Shown one piece after another: positions 53,832-64,000 of a stretch of DNA of 64,000 bases. The DNA lies in the NCBI RefSeq assembly GCF_000372725.1, contig NW_005201113.1, forward strand, positions 62,001 through 126,000, read 5' to 3'. The stretch comes from Emiliania huxleyi CCMP1516. Taxonomy: Eukaryota. The notes beneath the pieces were generated by a model, which was not told the origin of the DNA, made no database searches, and saw only the letters and a list, made by a program, of their open reading frames with translations. Position numbers and translations under genes: made by a program. Each line of letters opens with the position of its first letter. Position 1 is the first letter of the stretch.

Positions 53832-54155
53832 GACAAGCGATCGCCAATTCCCCCCATCAAGCACCGACCAAATTGTGTCATAGAAGCTCTTCTTCGTCTT
53901 GGGGAAGGCAAAGTCGAGCACGTTGTTCTCCACGACGTGAATCGCATACGCGTTTGCAATTCTCCCGACAATGTCGCGGTATATGCCAGCGGTGATGGAG
54001 ATGCGCTCGAACACGGGTGCAAGGCATTGGTACGGGAACTGAAGTCCGGCTTGTACACCGGACTGGACGGCGCACTGCCGGACTTCACCAGAGCCTCCAC
54101 TCTGCTCTGCTGCCTCCAAAGTGCGCTTCTTCGAAGCAGAAATCTTCCTTACCAT
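53832..54155 (-). pseudogene. Possible Fanzor1 (eukaryotic TnpB) N-terminal remnant
   Basis: 108 aa MVRKISASKKR...RQCAVQSGV...RDIVGRIANAYAIH...FP...FYDTIWSVLDGGNW, with lower GC than host genes, truncated at (GGT)n. Pattern resemblance only. Confidence 0.4.
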
Positions 54156-54789
54156 CAACGCATCGATCTGGTAGTTGGGTCAGTTGTTGTGGTATCGAAC
54201 CCCGTCTGGGTGCTGTACCTACTATAAGAATGGGGGCATCAATTTGATTCCTAGAGGCGAGAATGTGATGTGTTATGATGGCGACTTACTTCCTCCTCTG
54301 TGTTATATGGGTTAATGAAGTGAGCGAATATAGTGTATATTTGGGCGCCTTGTAGTTGGGTAGCTTAAAGAGAGACGGGGGGGGGGGGTTCCGCAGCAGC
54401 GGAGGAACGACACAGCTCATGGCGCCCAAGCGCGGGCCGCCCAACCGGGCCAACCAACAGCAGAAGTACGACCGCTCGCAGGGGCAGGCCATGGGGCAGG
54501 CCCGCCGCGAGGCGCGCAAGGCCGCAAAGACCGGCGAGGGCTCCTCGAGCGCCCACAGCGCCCAGGGGCCATAGAGGGAGAGCGCCCATCCCCTCGACAG
54601 AGGAGGAAGGGAGCAGAAAAGGGGGAGGGCTTGCTATCTACGTCCCGAGTCGGGCGCATGTACAGTTTCGAGTTGTGCGAGAGGATCCGCGCCTTGGGAA
54701 AGCGTGTGGTACACTTGTCACTATTGTACGTTATCTCCAAGAGACCAGCATGGGGCGCCTTTCTCGCCATTGCCGTCACTGCTGCCCCT

Positions 54790-55458
54790 AGCGAAGGAGA
54801 AGAAGCATACCTCCGCCGAGACTACTCACCATCATCGGAACCTCGGCGGACACGCCTGAGGTCCACAACGCACTTCATCTACACATGTGGAACCAAATAA
54901 TAGTCTCCTTCTACGAAGAAGAAGACATCAAACCCGAACAAACCTGGAAGGCGTTCTTGAACCTATTAGTGAGAAACATGCAAGCGTACTCGGGGGAGGC
55001 CAGAACTAGGCTCCGACGAATAAGACGCAAGAGCGACCGAGTCAGCGATTCGACCATGAAAGAAATAAGCGAACCCATGGGGACGATTGATTACTACGGC
55101 AGACTACGACTGAGCAGGCGAGTGAATGAAGAACTAAGGAGAGTGGGACTCGACCACCTCACCACAGAAGAGGCGACGACTCACGCACGAGAGATCAAGT
55201 TTGTCAAGGCCTCACAAGCTAGCACAACAAACACCTAAAGACTTAAAGGCATCACACTACAAGGAACGCGGCTGAGCTGACTCCCTGTAGGGGGCGCCTC
55301 GGTGAACCAGGGACTAGGATCTCGCGCAGACGACACAGGGCGTGCTGCGCCCCGCGCGATCCCTGGCGCAGAGGAGGCTGAGCCGCCGAACTTAGGATGC
55401 CTGCAAAGGCTGGCGAAAGCCAGCGAGACACGCCCACAACTCATATCCACTACAACAA
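54790..55458 (+). mobile_element. Probable 5'-truncated non-LTR retrotransposon 3' fragment
   Basis: A-rich start-less frame (LLTIIG...MWNQII...WKAFLNLL...*55238), then a UTR-like stretch and an actacaacaa tail. Confidence 0.35.
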
Positions 55459-55876
55459 GCCATTATGCCCCATTAGGCCCCACCACCCCACCCCTAGGCA
55501 ATGTAGCGCACATGTCTAGTCCGGAGAGGACGGGGGGGGGGGGGGGGTAGGGGATAGCACTGTGCCGAGTATTTTGGATTAAAGCAATTTTTTTTAAAGA
55601 GAGACGGGAGAACGTGCGGTGTAGATTGTGTCACTAATATAACAAAATCCCCTCCCCCCAATTTGACACCACAGTGGCGGAAGGTGAATTATGACGGGGT
55701 CGGTTTCTCGAGACACTCCCTAAGCGAACTTGAAGAGCTTGACGCTGAGAGGGCGTTTTTGGTTGACAGACTAACAGATGAGTTTGTGCTATCGCGGGAA
55801 GAGATGAGTGAGGTTGCTGATGCTCTTGGCGTGTAGGACAAGAGTTTTTTTTGAGTCATACAAGAAAGGCACAAGA

Positions 55877-56545
55877 ATGCTTCGTGACATTCTGTCACAC
55901 ATCGTACTCTTCGTATGCTTTCTAATCTTGTGTCTAGTTGTTGATGCGAATGCCGCGAGCGGCACTGGAAGAGCGGTTCGCTTTCAACAATGTTTGCTTA
56001 TAGCGTTTGCTTCATACGTATGTTTTTGGATTGCGGCTAGAGCTTTACTGCTTTACTTTGGTCTTGGTTCATCTGTTGCGTTTCCACCTAAGTTGCCTTT
56101 TGAAGAGGTGTTATCCGCTCCAAAGCCGGCGATGGTGCCAGCGACACCAGCGATGCCGGCGATGCAAGCGATGCAAGCACCACCGGCGATGCCTCCGGCA
56201 GCAATGTTGCAGATGCCGGCGGCGATGCCAGCAACACAGGGACCACCGATGCAACCGGCGGCAATGCATCCACTGCTCCAGCCGCAACAAATGCAACCGA
56301 TGAAGCCTGAAAGTAATTTCCAGGGGCTCTTTAAAATGACAAAACAAAAGAAACCAAAAGCGTTGGCGAAGACAAACGGCCAAGTCCACTTTTGCCGGAA
56401 GGGACAAGGCGGCTACGAATGGGGCGTCGACAAAAATGGTCTCCCTTGCGCTAAACCAGGCCCCAAAGGCCTAGTCGGTAAAAAAAACAGCAAGAAGAAG
56501 GCCAGGAAAAAGAAGCAATACAAGAAAATGAGAAGCAGCGATTAG
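55877..56545 (+). CDS. Hypothetical protein: two hydrophobic segments, Pro/Ala/Met/Gln-rich linker, Lys-rich tail; low-GC and intronless
   Basis: Open 222-codon frame from ATG 55877, with codon usage unlike neighbouring host genes. Confidence 0.6.
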   Translation: MLRDILSHIVLFVCFLILCLVVDANAASGTGRAVRFQQCLLIAFASYVCFWIAARALLLYFGLGSSVAFPPKLPFEEVLSAPKPAMVPATPAMPAMQAMQAPPAMPPAAMLQMPAAMPATQGPPMQPAAMHPLLQPQQMQPMKPESNFQGLFKMTKQKKPKALAKTNGQVHFCRKGQGGYEWGVDKNGLPCAKPGPKGLVGKKNSKKKARKKKQYKKMRSSD

Positions 56546-56743
56546 GCAGGGCTCACGCTCTAACGTCACGCACCACTCTCGCTCTTCTCTGCTACCTCGA
56601 CACATTCCCGCGCCGCCTTGAAATGTAGCTTGCACACATGCTTCTTTGGTGCATGCGTAAATTAATATGGCAATAATACCATATTATTCCCATATTAATA
56701 TCATATTATCTGAGAGAAAATGTCATATTTTCTGAGAAAAAAC

Positions 56744-57529
56744 TCATATTATCTGTAAAAATAATATAATATTACAAAAACTTAGTAAAAGTTCGCCGCC
56801 ACCAATGTTCGTGAAGAGGAGCGCCGTGCTGGGAGGTTTGGAGCCAGCAGGGGAGTATCCATCCTTGCATGCAGCGGTCGTGGTCGGGGTGAGCTCAGAC
56901 GACCCGACGAAGCAGATCCACACGGTGGGGGTTCCGATGGGGGGGGCGTAGCTTGCGATTTCCTTTCCCGCGTAGTATCCGACTCCTGGAGTCACAAGGG
57001 AGTCGGGACTGCTACCTCCGAGCAGTGTGGCAAACTCCGTGCCGCGTGCGGTCGGCCGCTCGCTCTCGGCAGTGCCCGCTGTGCCAGCAGCCTGCGTTGG
57101 GTGGCCGTGGGCGACCGCGGCGAGAACCAACGCAGTCGCGTACAGTTCCGGACGGGCATTAAGAACGCACAGGTTCTTCGCCCAGCCTCAGGTTCTTAGC
57201 TAAGTCGGCGGTCCGTCGGGGGCCGAGCCTCAGGTTCTTAACCGGGTGGATGGTTTTTTAAACCGTTTCGGCTTCGATTAAAAATCAATAAATGGGTCTT
57301 AAAACAGTTTGGAAGTTTGGAACAGTAAGTTCGCGCATGGCGTGACAAGAGAGTCATTCGCTGCCGTGAGCTGCCCCTGCGGCTGCGGCCGCGGGGGCAG
57401 GGGCGCCGGCTGCAGGCGTTGGCCCAGCCTCAGGTTCTTAGGGAGTTCTTAGGGATCCGGCCGAAATATGAGCCTCAGGTTCTTAACGTTAGAGGTTCTT
57501 AATGCCCGTCCGGAACTGTACGGCATCAT
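56744..57529 (-). pseudogene. Secreted-protein gene disrupted by a MITE in codon 4
   Basis: Removing the MITE and one TA yields ATG ATG CCG TAC GCG ACT GCG TTG GTT CTC = MMPYATALVLAAVAHG..., in frame with ORF 56744..57130. Confidence 0.7.
57143..57518. mobile_element. Tc1/mariner/pogo-type MITE (376 bp)
   Basis: Perfect 24 bp TIRs cagttccggacgggcattaagaac (57143-57166 / 57495-57518), TA on both sides, and four internal agcctcaggttctta copies. Confidence 0.92.
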
Positions 57530-57794
57530 CAACAACGGGCTGTCTGGGGATTCGTTTCGCGTTCTGACTTCAGTCAGGAAACCCGGGGTCTCTGGCGGGT
57601 GGGCCGGTGGAGATTTTGTTTCCTGTCGTTAGACTTGGTTGATGGGAAGGCGAAACACAGTCCGACCAAGGCCGAGCGTTTTTGATCTCTCTCTCGGTGA
57701 GTGGGCGCCCGCCCGCCCGCCGCCTCTGACCCTCTGAGGGCCGACTGCGGGTGCGAGACCCTTCGGTCGTCAGTGTCCTATCGCGCGAAGTGCA

Positions 57795-59741
57795 TCACTG
57801 CTGGCAGCTCGTGGCAGCGCTGCGCAGCACGCAGACCGTGCGGCGCGGCGTCGAGCTTCGCACGGAGGCGGGGTCCGCCAGGTCGAGGTAAGCATCCGGT
57901 GGCCACACGCGAAGCGCATGGAGCTCTGATTCGAGACTCCACGGCAGCTGCAGGGCCGCGACGGCCGCGTGCTGCGCTGGACTCATCCAGGCGCTCAGCG
58001 AACGCAGCGCGGGCAGCGTCGCATTGCACTCGCCGCAGGGATGCAACACGCCCCACACCGGGATGCGACGCGCGTCTCGCGGACGCGTGCGGATGTCGTC
58101 GAACCAGGCGTCGCCACGGGCGACCACTCTGTCACCCTCGCCAGCAGGCAGCTCGAAAAAGGCGCGCTCCCCTCGCGAGCCCTCGGAGGCCTCGATGGCA
58201 TGCACGGGCGGCAGGAGCGCCGTCGGAGCAAGCACGACGGCGAGCGGCGCCGTGTCGAGAGCCGAGTCCGATGACTGCGCGCGGAAGAATGCCCAGCGCA
58301 GAGGGCGAACGAGGTGCTGCAAGTTACCGCCCCCCTTGGGCTCTTCGGCGTCGTAGACGATGAAGCCATCGAGCTCGTTTGGCGACCTGCCGTGTGGCAG
58401 CGAGAGGGCATCACATCATACTACGTATGTGTATGTCTCTCTCCCCCCCCCCCACAACCTGTAATTTGCGGTCCTCGTCTCGCCGGCGTCGACGTCGTCG
58501 CTCGCCCTCCTCTCCCGCCCCGCACTCGGCCTCGCCAGCGACCGCTGTGTCCACGAGTCGCACGAACCGGGGCATCCCTGCAGCTTCCACCACATGTCGA
58601 GGCTCGGCGACCCGTGCACGGCGGCGTGGGTGTTGGGCCGCCAGACGTAGGTGGTGTTGCCGCCGTAGCAGCCGTGGGCGAGCGACTGGTAGGGAGTGGA
58701 GTAGAACGTCACGTGCTGCCGCTTCGCGCCGCGGCATGGCGGGTCGCACCCTCCCATCTGGTTGCCCTGGAAGCCGGCGGTCAGCAGTTCGCGCCGTTCG
58801 AGATCTCGGCTCGGCGTCGCTTCAAACTGCAGGTCCAAGAGGGCCACCGCTGCGCAAGTGGCGGCCTCGGCGCTCAGCCGCCACGCCGAGGCCGCCGCCA
58901 GGTCGCGCACGGGGCGTGGCAGGCCGCGCCACTCAGCGGACGCGAGCAGCTCTGACCGCCGGAACTTTGAATCGTGAGTACCGAACCACCGATCCATGTA
59001 TCTGTCGCGGCACTTGGCAGCGGGCGGCTGGACGCGCGCCGCACGCATCGCCCGGGCAAGCTGGGGGCCGTCCTGGCCCGAGAGCAGACGGACGAGCACC
59101 TCATGCGTGGGAGTGCTCACGTACTGGAAGGGGTCGCCCAAGAGCGCGGCGACGCTCCCGCCAAAGCCCAGGCCTTGCCCGTCCCACGGGCCGTTGCCCG
59201 TGTACATTGGCACGTTGTGCCGAGGGACCGCCATGCCAGAGGGAAGCGTCGGCCATGCGCACCTCATCTTCTCCGACGTGAAGCATTGCTCGGCGCCGCG
59301 CGTGCTAAAGTCGGCGCGCGGCGTGAGGCGCACGCATCCTGCCGCGCCTCGCGGAGGAGCGAACGCTTCGGCTCCCGCCACGCCTCGCGGGATAGGCGGG
59401 AGGGCAGCCGGCGGAGGAGGGAGCGCCTCTGCTGGTCGCGGAGCAGGCTCGCAGCCCCGTTGCGCGCCGTCGGGCTTGGCGAAGCACACGCTGGAGCCCG
59501 CGTGCGAGGCCGGGACTGTGTGCGTCACCTTCTGCGAGTGGATTTCGCACATCGTGTAGCGTCTCCCGACCGTCTGGAACTCAAAGGCCGTGCACGCACA
59601 ATCGCTGAGGCAGATGGCTCGGCACGACGCCAGCGTCTCGCTCCACACCTTGCGGTACATGCCTGTACCTCCTCCGGCTGTGCGGCACAGTCCCAAAGAG
59701 CGGCCTCCCGGCGCGACCCACGCAACCTCGGCCAGCGGCAT
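57795..59741 (-). CDS. PAN/apple-like domain protein with uncharacterised C-terminal region; probable intron near 58400-58480
   Basis: CRAICLSDCACTAFEF...CEIH (PAN-like). The frame continues as ...NELDGFIVYD...RWAFFRA in ORF 57795..58322. Confidence 0.6.
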
Positions 59742-60431
59742 TCCCGGGGGGACTTGCTCTCACATTTTACAACCCTGTGAACGTTTTTCTCTGCAAGCCG
59801 CCGTTCACGAAAACGCACAACCCCGGCCCGCCGTTCACACAAAAACACAACCCCGGCCCCGTTCACGGCGTCATTCCACACTCCAACGTCGCGCTGCAGC
59901 CGCACCGTAGTCGACGAAGAACAAAAAAGAAGAACACAAGAAGGCGTGACAGGTGTGCGAGAGAGAGATTTTTGAGAGAGAGAGATTTTTAGCAATACCA
60001 AACAAATCTAACACTCACACGTCATTTGGGGCCTGGAGCCCTGTTCACGCGCGCGCGAGACGTGTTTGTTGTTGAGATTTTTCCCCACAGTGATTTGGGC
60101 TCGGCAGCTTGTCAGCCCTCAGCCGAAGCTACGAATGATCTCAAGACCGCAGTCTGAGCACAGTCCACACAAGACATTCTCAGTCTTCAAGACTCAACAC
60201 GCCAGACGCACACTGCGCGAGTATGCAAGCAAGCCTCGAGATGCAAGCCCGCCACACCGGGCCACACCGCCATCCCGGACCCATCCGACCGACATGACGG
60301 TGGCAGCGCGAGCGAGACGCGGCGGTGGGACGGCACGGTCCACGCACCGCCATACAAGGGCGTGGAAACTAGATCTCGGGTCTCAGCGCCCCTCCCCGTA
60401 CGCCTCCGTACGGACCCCACATCTGTAGCGG

Positions 60432-61195
60432 CTAAAGCGTCATCGAGACGCGAGTCGCCCGGGAGCTGCGGGCAACCCCTGTACCGTCCGCCCCCCGAAG
60501 CCGCGAGGGAGGCGGCGGCGAGGGCGAGGCCGGTGGAAGCGCAGGGGGCGGCGACGGGGGTAGCACCAGGCACGTCGCAGCTCGGTCAGTATTGGGATCG
60601 TAGGTGCCAGCCTCGTCAAAGACGCAGCGGCGCACCGGACTCTCGTCCGCGATGTCCGTGTAGCACTCGGTAGTCTCCTGGACGAGGCCGTCGGTGGGGT
60701 TGTCCTTGTAGGTTTTCGTCGGGTCGCCAGGCAGGCACGGGTTTCCGTACAACCAGTTTCACGATTGCGTTGCACGTGCCGCACGGGTCAAAGAAGGCCG
60801 CCCCGATGACAAATAGGAGGCAGCGCGTCGAATGCCGGGGCGACGGGAGAGGCGACGACCGCGGTCTTCACAGAGTCCACGTCGATGTCCAGGAGGGGCC
60901 GAGACGTGACAGCGATCGCCTCGCCGTCGGGGAGCTTCGACACGCCGTCGCCCAGCCCGAAGAAGCCGCTGCCAACCTGCGGCGTCATGCCACTGAGAAG
61001 GGAGGTGATGTCGCTCTCGTTAAAGGCGCCCGTGACCGCACTCTCGATGGTCGAAGCCCGGCCGTCGGTGGGCGTGTTGGGCGAGGCGAACAGGTAGAGG
61101 TTGATGCTCTTGTCCTGCACGACGGTCGCCACACGGGGCGTCGAGGTCCACGAGGCTCGCCACGGCGGTGAAGTTGAAGCGACTGTCGCTGCAGA
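60432..61195 (-). pseudogene. Frameshifted fragment of an extracellular-type protein with a Pro-rich tail
   Basis: Protein-like GC3-rich segments switch between ORFs 60788..61204 and 60432..60752. No start is visible. Confidence 0.4.
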
Positions 61196-61559
61196 CGCTC
61201 CCAATGCTGGGTGTACGAACTCTGTTCACACCGAGCACTGGGAGTGGCTGCGGCTATAGCAGACAGCTTGAGCAGCAACCTTTAGCAACCCCTGAGCCAT
61301 CTCGAGGTTATCTGTCCAGCGTCCACCCATACCGCGTTGGTGTCCAGTCCGAGCCTGGCTTCACCTTTCTACCTCTCTCTCTCTCAGAGTGGTCTCTCCT
61401 ACCTCGCGAGGTTCTCGAGGTGGATATCCTTTGGCCGCGTTGGGTAGCGAGGATTGGTGTAACCCGAGCCACGGAGGCGTGTTTTCTGACGGCCGACCGT
61501 CAGTGCACGGAGTCCCCCTGAGCCCTGGAGCACGCCCGGAGCAACCCCTCCGGCACCCA

Positions 61560-61631
61560 TGGCGATGGCGCTAAGAAAGAGGTTCCTCTTAGCTCTTTCC
61601 GCGCCCCCCCCGCGCAAGGCGCGCGATACAC
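61560..61631 (+). mobile_element. LINE-tail-related repeat
   Basis: ggcgatggcgctaag...gaggttcctc...ccgcgcccccccc...gcaaggcgcgcgatacac matches 26090-26135 and 63558-63619. Confidence 0.65.
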
Positions 61632-61864
61632 CCTGGATTTCCGGCAACTACGCTTCTAACAACAAAACAAAGCTCTCGCTTCTACGGCTATTAACATTGA
61701 GCTCGGCTCTCGGGCCACTATGAAGCTCTGGATCTAGATCTTCAACTCCCCTCTCTCTACCGAGTATATACTATATTCACCTAGGATTCCTAACAGTGAA
61801 CCAGGAAATAATGAACCATATTCATCCATTAAGTCGACTCGTATGGCTCGCGCGTTATACCGAT

Positions 61865-63151
61865 TTAGAGAGGAGTGAATTGAGCGCGCCGCCGCGACGG
61901 GTCGAACCGCAGCAGCGGAACATCGGCCACGCGCTGGCCGTACGTGCGGCGGAACTGGGCCCAAAGCTGCCTCGCCCTCTGGACGTCCCCGGGCGGAGCA
62001 CCCGCCGGCACGAAGATGGCCTCAACGAGAGCAGGCAGCGACGCCTCCCACGCGGCCGCGTCGAGCACAACCTCGTTGTACCTGCATTCCCCCGCGCACC
62101 ACGGGCGGTACTCCCCATAGGCGCCCTGCGTGCGGGAGTGCCGCTCGAGCATCTGCCGAAGGTTCTGGGGCCTGAAAGGGCACCACGAGTAGGGCGCGCA
62201 CGCCGCAGCGTCCGGGCAAGTGTCGGGCAGCGTGCACCAAGTCGTGGCTGCGCCTCGCGCCCAGGCGGGGCCGCTCGTCTGCACGCAGCCCGGCACGCAA
62301 CCGGGCGCGCTCGTCGCCCCGCAGACCCGATGGCTCGTCTTCCCGTCGCGCTCCCACGCACAGAGCAGCACGGCCTCAGAGGGCCTCACCACGAAGCCCG
62401 GCTGTGACCGCGAGTAGATGTACGGGAGCCGCGCGTTGGAGAGCGACGCAGACATCTTGACACCGAACTCGGCACACGCCGTGCCGACGGTGCAAGCCGC
62501 CCACTCTGGCACCCAGCCTGCCTCGCCCGGCGCTGCTTTCGCATCGTCCACCTGGTGCGTGAGTACTCCTGCCACGCTGAGGTTGTTGCTAGGTCTTCCG
62601 CCTTGGAAGCGCGCACTCAGCCGGTCGGCTATCGCTTGCGGTGTGAGTGAGGCCGCGGATCGGGGCGGCGGCGGCGGCGGCGGCGACGGCACTGGCGGCG
62701 GCGGCGGAGGTGGAGGCGGCGGCGACGGCACTGGCAGCGGCGGCGGAGGTGGAGGCGATGTGGGAAAGCCTGGTGGAGGCGGCGACGACAAGCCTGGCGG
62801 AGGCGGCGGCGGCAAGCCCAGCAGCGGTGGCGGTGGCAAGCCTGGCAGCGGAGGCGGTGCCAACGCGGCGACGGCGGCGGTGGCAGAGGACAAGGCGGGG
62901 CTGCCCATGGTGACCTTCATTGAGCATGTCGAGCCGCCAACAGGTGCCGTGTGCGTGGGTCGGGCGACGTGCGTCTCGCAGACCTTGAGGCGCCCGAGCG
63001 CTTGCCACTCAAAGGCAGCGCACGACGGCAGATCGGCGCAGCGCTGCTGGCACGCCTGGTACGACGGGGCCGAGTCTCGAACGAAGTCGCCCTTCCCCTT
63101 TCCGAGCCTGCAAGCGCCGCTGCGCGGGAGCCAGGCCTGCAGCGACGCCAT
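61865..63151 (-). CDS. PAN/apple-like domain + polyproline linker + Cys-containing C-terminal domain (possible ADP-ribosyltransferase-like fold), intronless
   Basis: CQQRCADLPSCAAFEW...CETH, a (P)n linker, and GVLTHQVD / MSASL / YNEVVLD motifs. Confidence 0.75.
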   Translation of the reverse strand: MASLQAWLPRSGACRLGKGKGDFVRDSAPSYQACQQRCADLPSCAAFEWQALGRLKVCETHVARPTHTAPVGGSTCSMKVTMGSPALSSATAAVAALAPPPLPGLPPPPLLGLPPPPPPGLSSPPPPGFPTSPPPPPPLPVPSPPPPPPPPPPVPSPPPPPPPRSAASLTPQAIADRLSARFQGGRPSNNLSVAGVLTHQVDDAKAAPGEAGWVPEWAACTVGTACAEFGVKMSASLSNARLPYIYSRSQPGFVVRPSEAVLLCAWERDGKTSHRVCGATSAPGCVPGCVQTSGPAWARGAATTWCTLPDTCPDAAACAPYSWCPFRPQNLRQMLERHSRTQGAYGEYRPWCAGECRYNEVVLDAAAWEASLPALVEAIFVPAGAPPGDVQRARQLWAQFRRTYGQRVADVPLLRFDPSRRRAQFTPL

Positions 63152-63510
63152 GCGCGACACAGCAGAGCCGCGGCGCTCGCTCGAGACGCTGGTGCGGGGC
63201 GGCGTGCGTGCGTTCAGATTTGACGTGAAGAATTTTACTATACAAGCCCCTCTCACAGCAGACTGGCTCGGACTGGCACTACAGATGGCACAGCAGGCGA
63301 CGGCCCCTTACGGGTCGTCAAAGAGGCCGGCGTACTCCTCCGGCCGCTCCTCCCCCTCCCAATCCTCCCCGGGCTCTGGCTCCTCCTCCTTCGCCCGCGC
63401 CCTGGGCGGGGCGGCGGGCGGGCGCGCGGTGCGGCGCGGCGTGTGCGTGTGTGCGACTGCAACAAAGGACCGCTTGCAAGGGACCATTGGGCTGTACTAT
63501 TGACCGGGAG

Positions 63511-63619
63511 GCGGTAAGCCGTCGTCGCCCGGCGCTGCTTGCAGCACCGTGCGCCGTGGCGATGGCGCTAAGAGGTTCTCCTCTTTTCCGCGCCCCCCCC
63601 CGCAAGGCGCGCGACACAC
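63511..63619 (+). mobile_element. Short copy of the LINE 3' tail
   Basis: Matches 26009-26135. Confidence 0.75.
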
Positions 63620-64000
63620 GTTTTCCCGATCATTTCGTCCGTCCAATCGAAGGAAGCGCCGGATCGCCCATGTTATGGAGTTAGCCAAACTTGCCGACGT
63701 TCTTCTGTCGAGATCCCGTGGTTTTTTTGCACGGTATTTCGGATTTTCGCTATTTGGTCGTGTGGGTGTGTATTCTGGGATTAGTCAATGGTACCGCGTC
63801 GGCGACGCGGGCGCCTTGCGGGCAGAGCCCTTAGCCACCCTTTATCGTGCGCGGTCAAAACTACCCCGGAGAACAGCCAAGCATGATACCCTAGGCTGCA
63901 AGGAGCCGGAACCCGTGGTGCCCTGCCCCCCTACCGCTAATGTCGCTTGCCCTTCTCTCGTCTTACCTGGCGTTCAATATCCCGGCGACGCGCCGGGATG

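Overview
High-GC eukaryotic genomic DNA. The abundance of GC-AG introns, 10-11 nt intronic tandem repeats, (CA)n/(CT)n microsatellites, bipartite plastid presequences and TTAGGG-type telomeric repeats points to a haptophyte such as Emiliania/Gephyrocapsa huxleyi (inferred, not proven). Recognisable genes are an SDR oxidoreductase, an F-box/kelch protein (frameshifted), an acylated beta-propeller, an SH3 protein, a FABP-like protein, an atypical cytochrome P450, a TauE/SafE transporter, IspH/HDR head-to-head with a LON-N domain gene, and two PAN/apple-domain genes. They sit among orphan gene fragments (MOT2/MFSD5, GLTP, RING), a decayed LINE, a Tc1/mariner-type MITE, SINE-like tails, a ~175 bp satellite and an interstitial telomere. 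The strongest candidate for something new is an intronless, intact DUF262 (GmrSD/SspE/BrxU-type) + HNH nuclease gene, a bacterial anti-phage architecture in a eukaryote, bracketed by identical 31 bp hairpin repeats. Other leads are a LINE carrying a chromodomain and RNase H, a Fanzor1-like N-terminal remnant, introns that begin with a copy of the next exon, a satellite with hammerhead-like cores, and an ART-like domain fused to a PAN domain. All protein assignments are by-eye motif recognition and exon boundaries are manual estimates.
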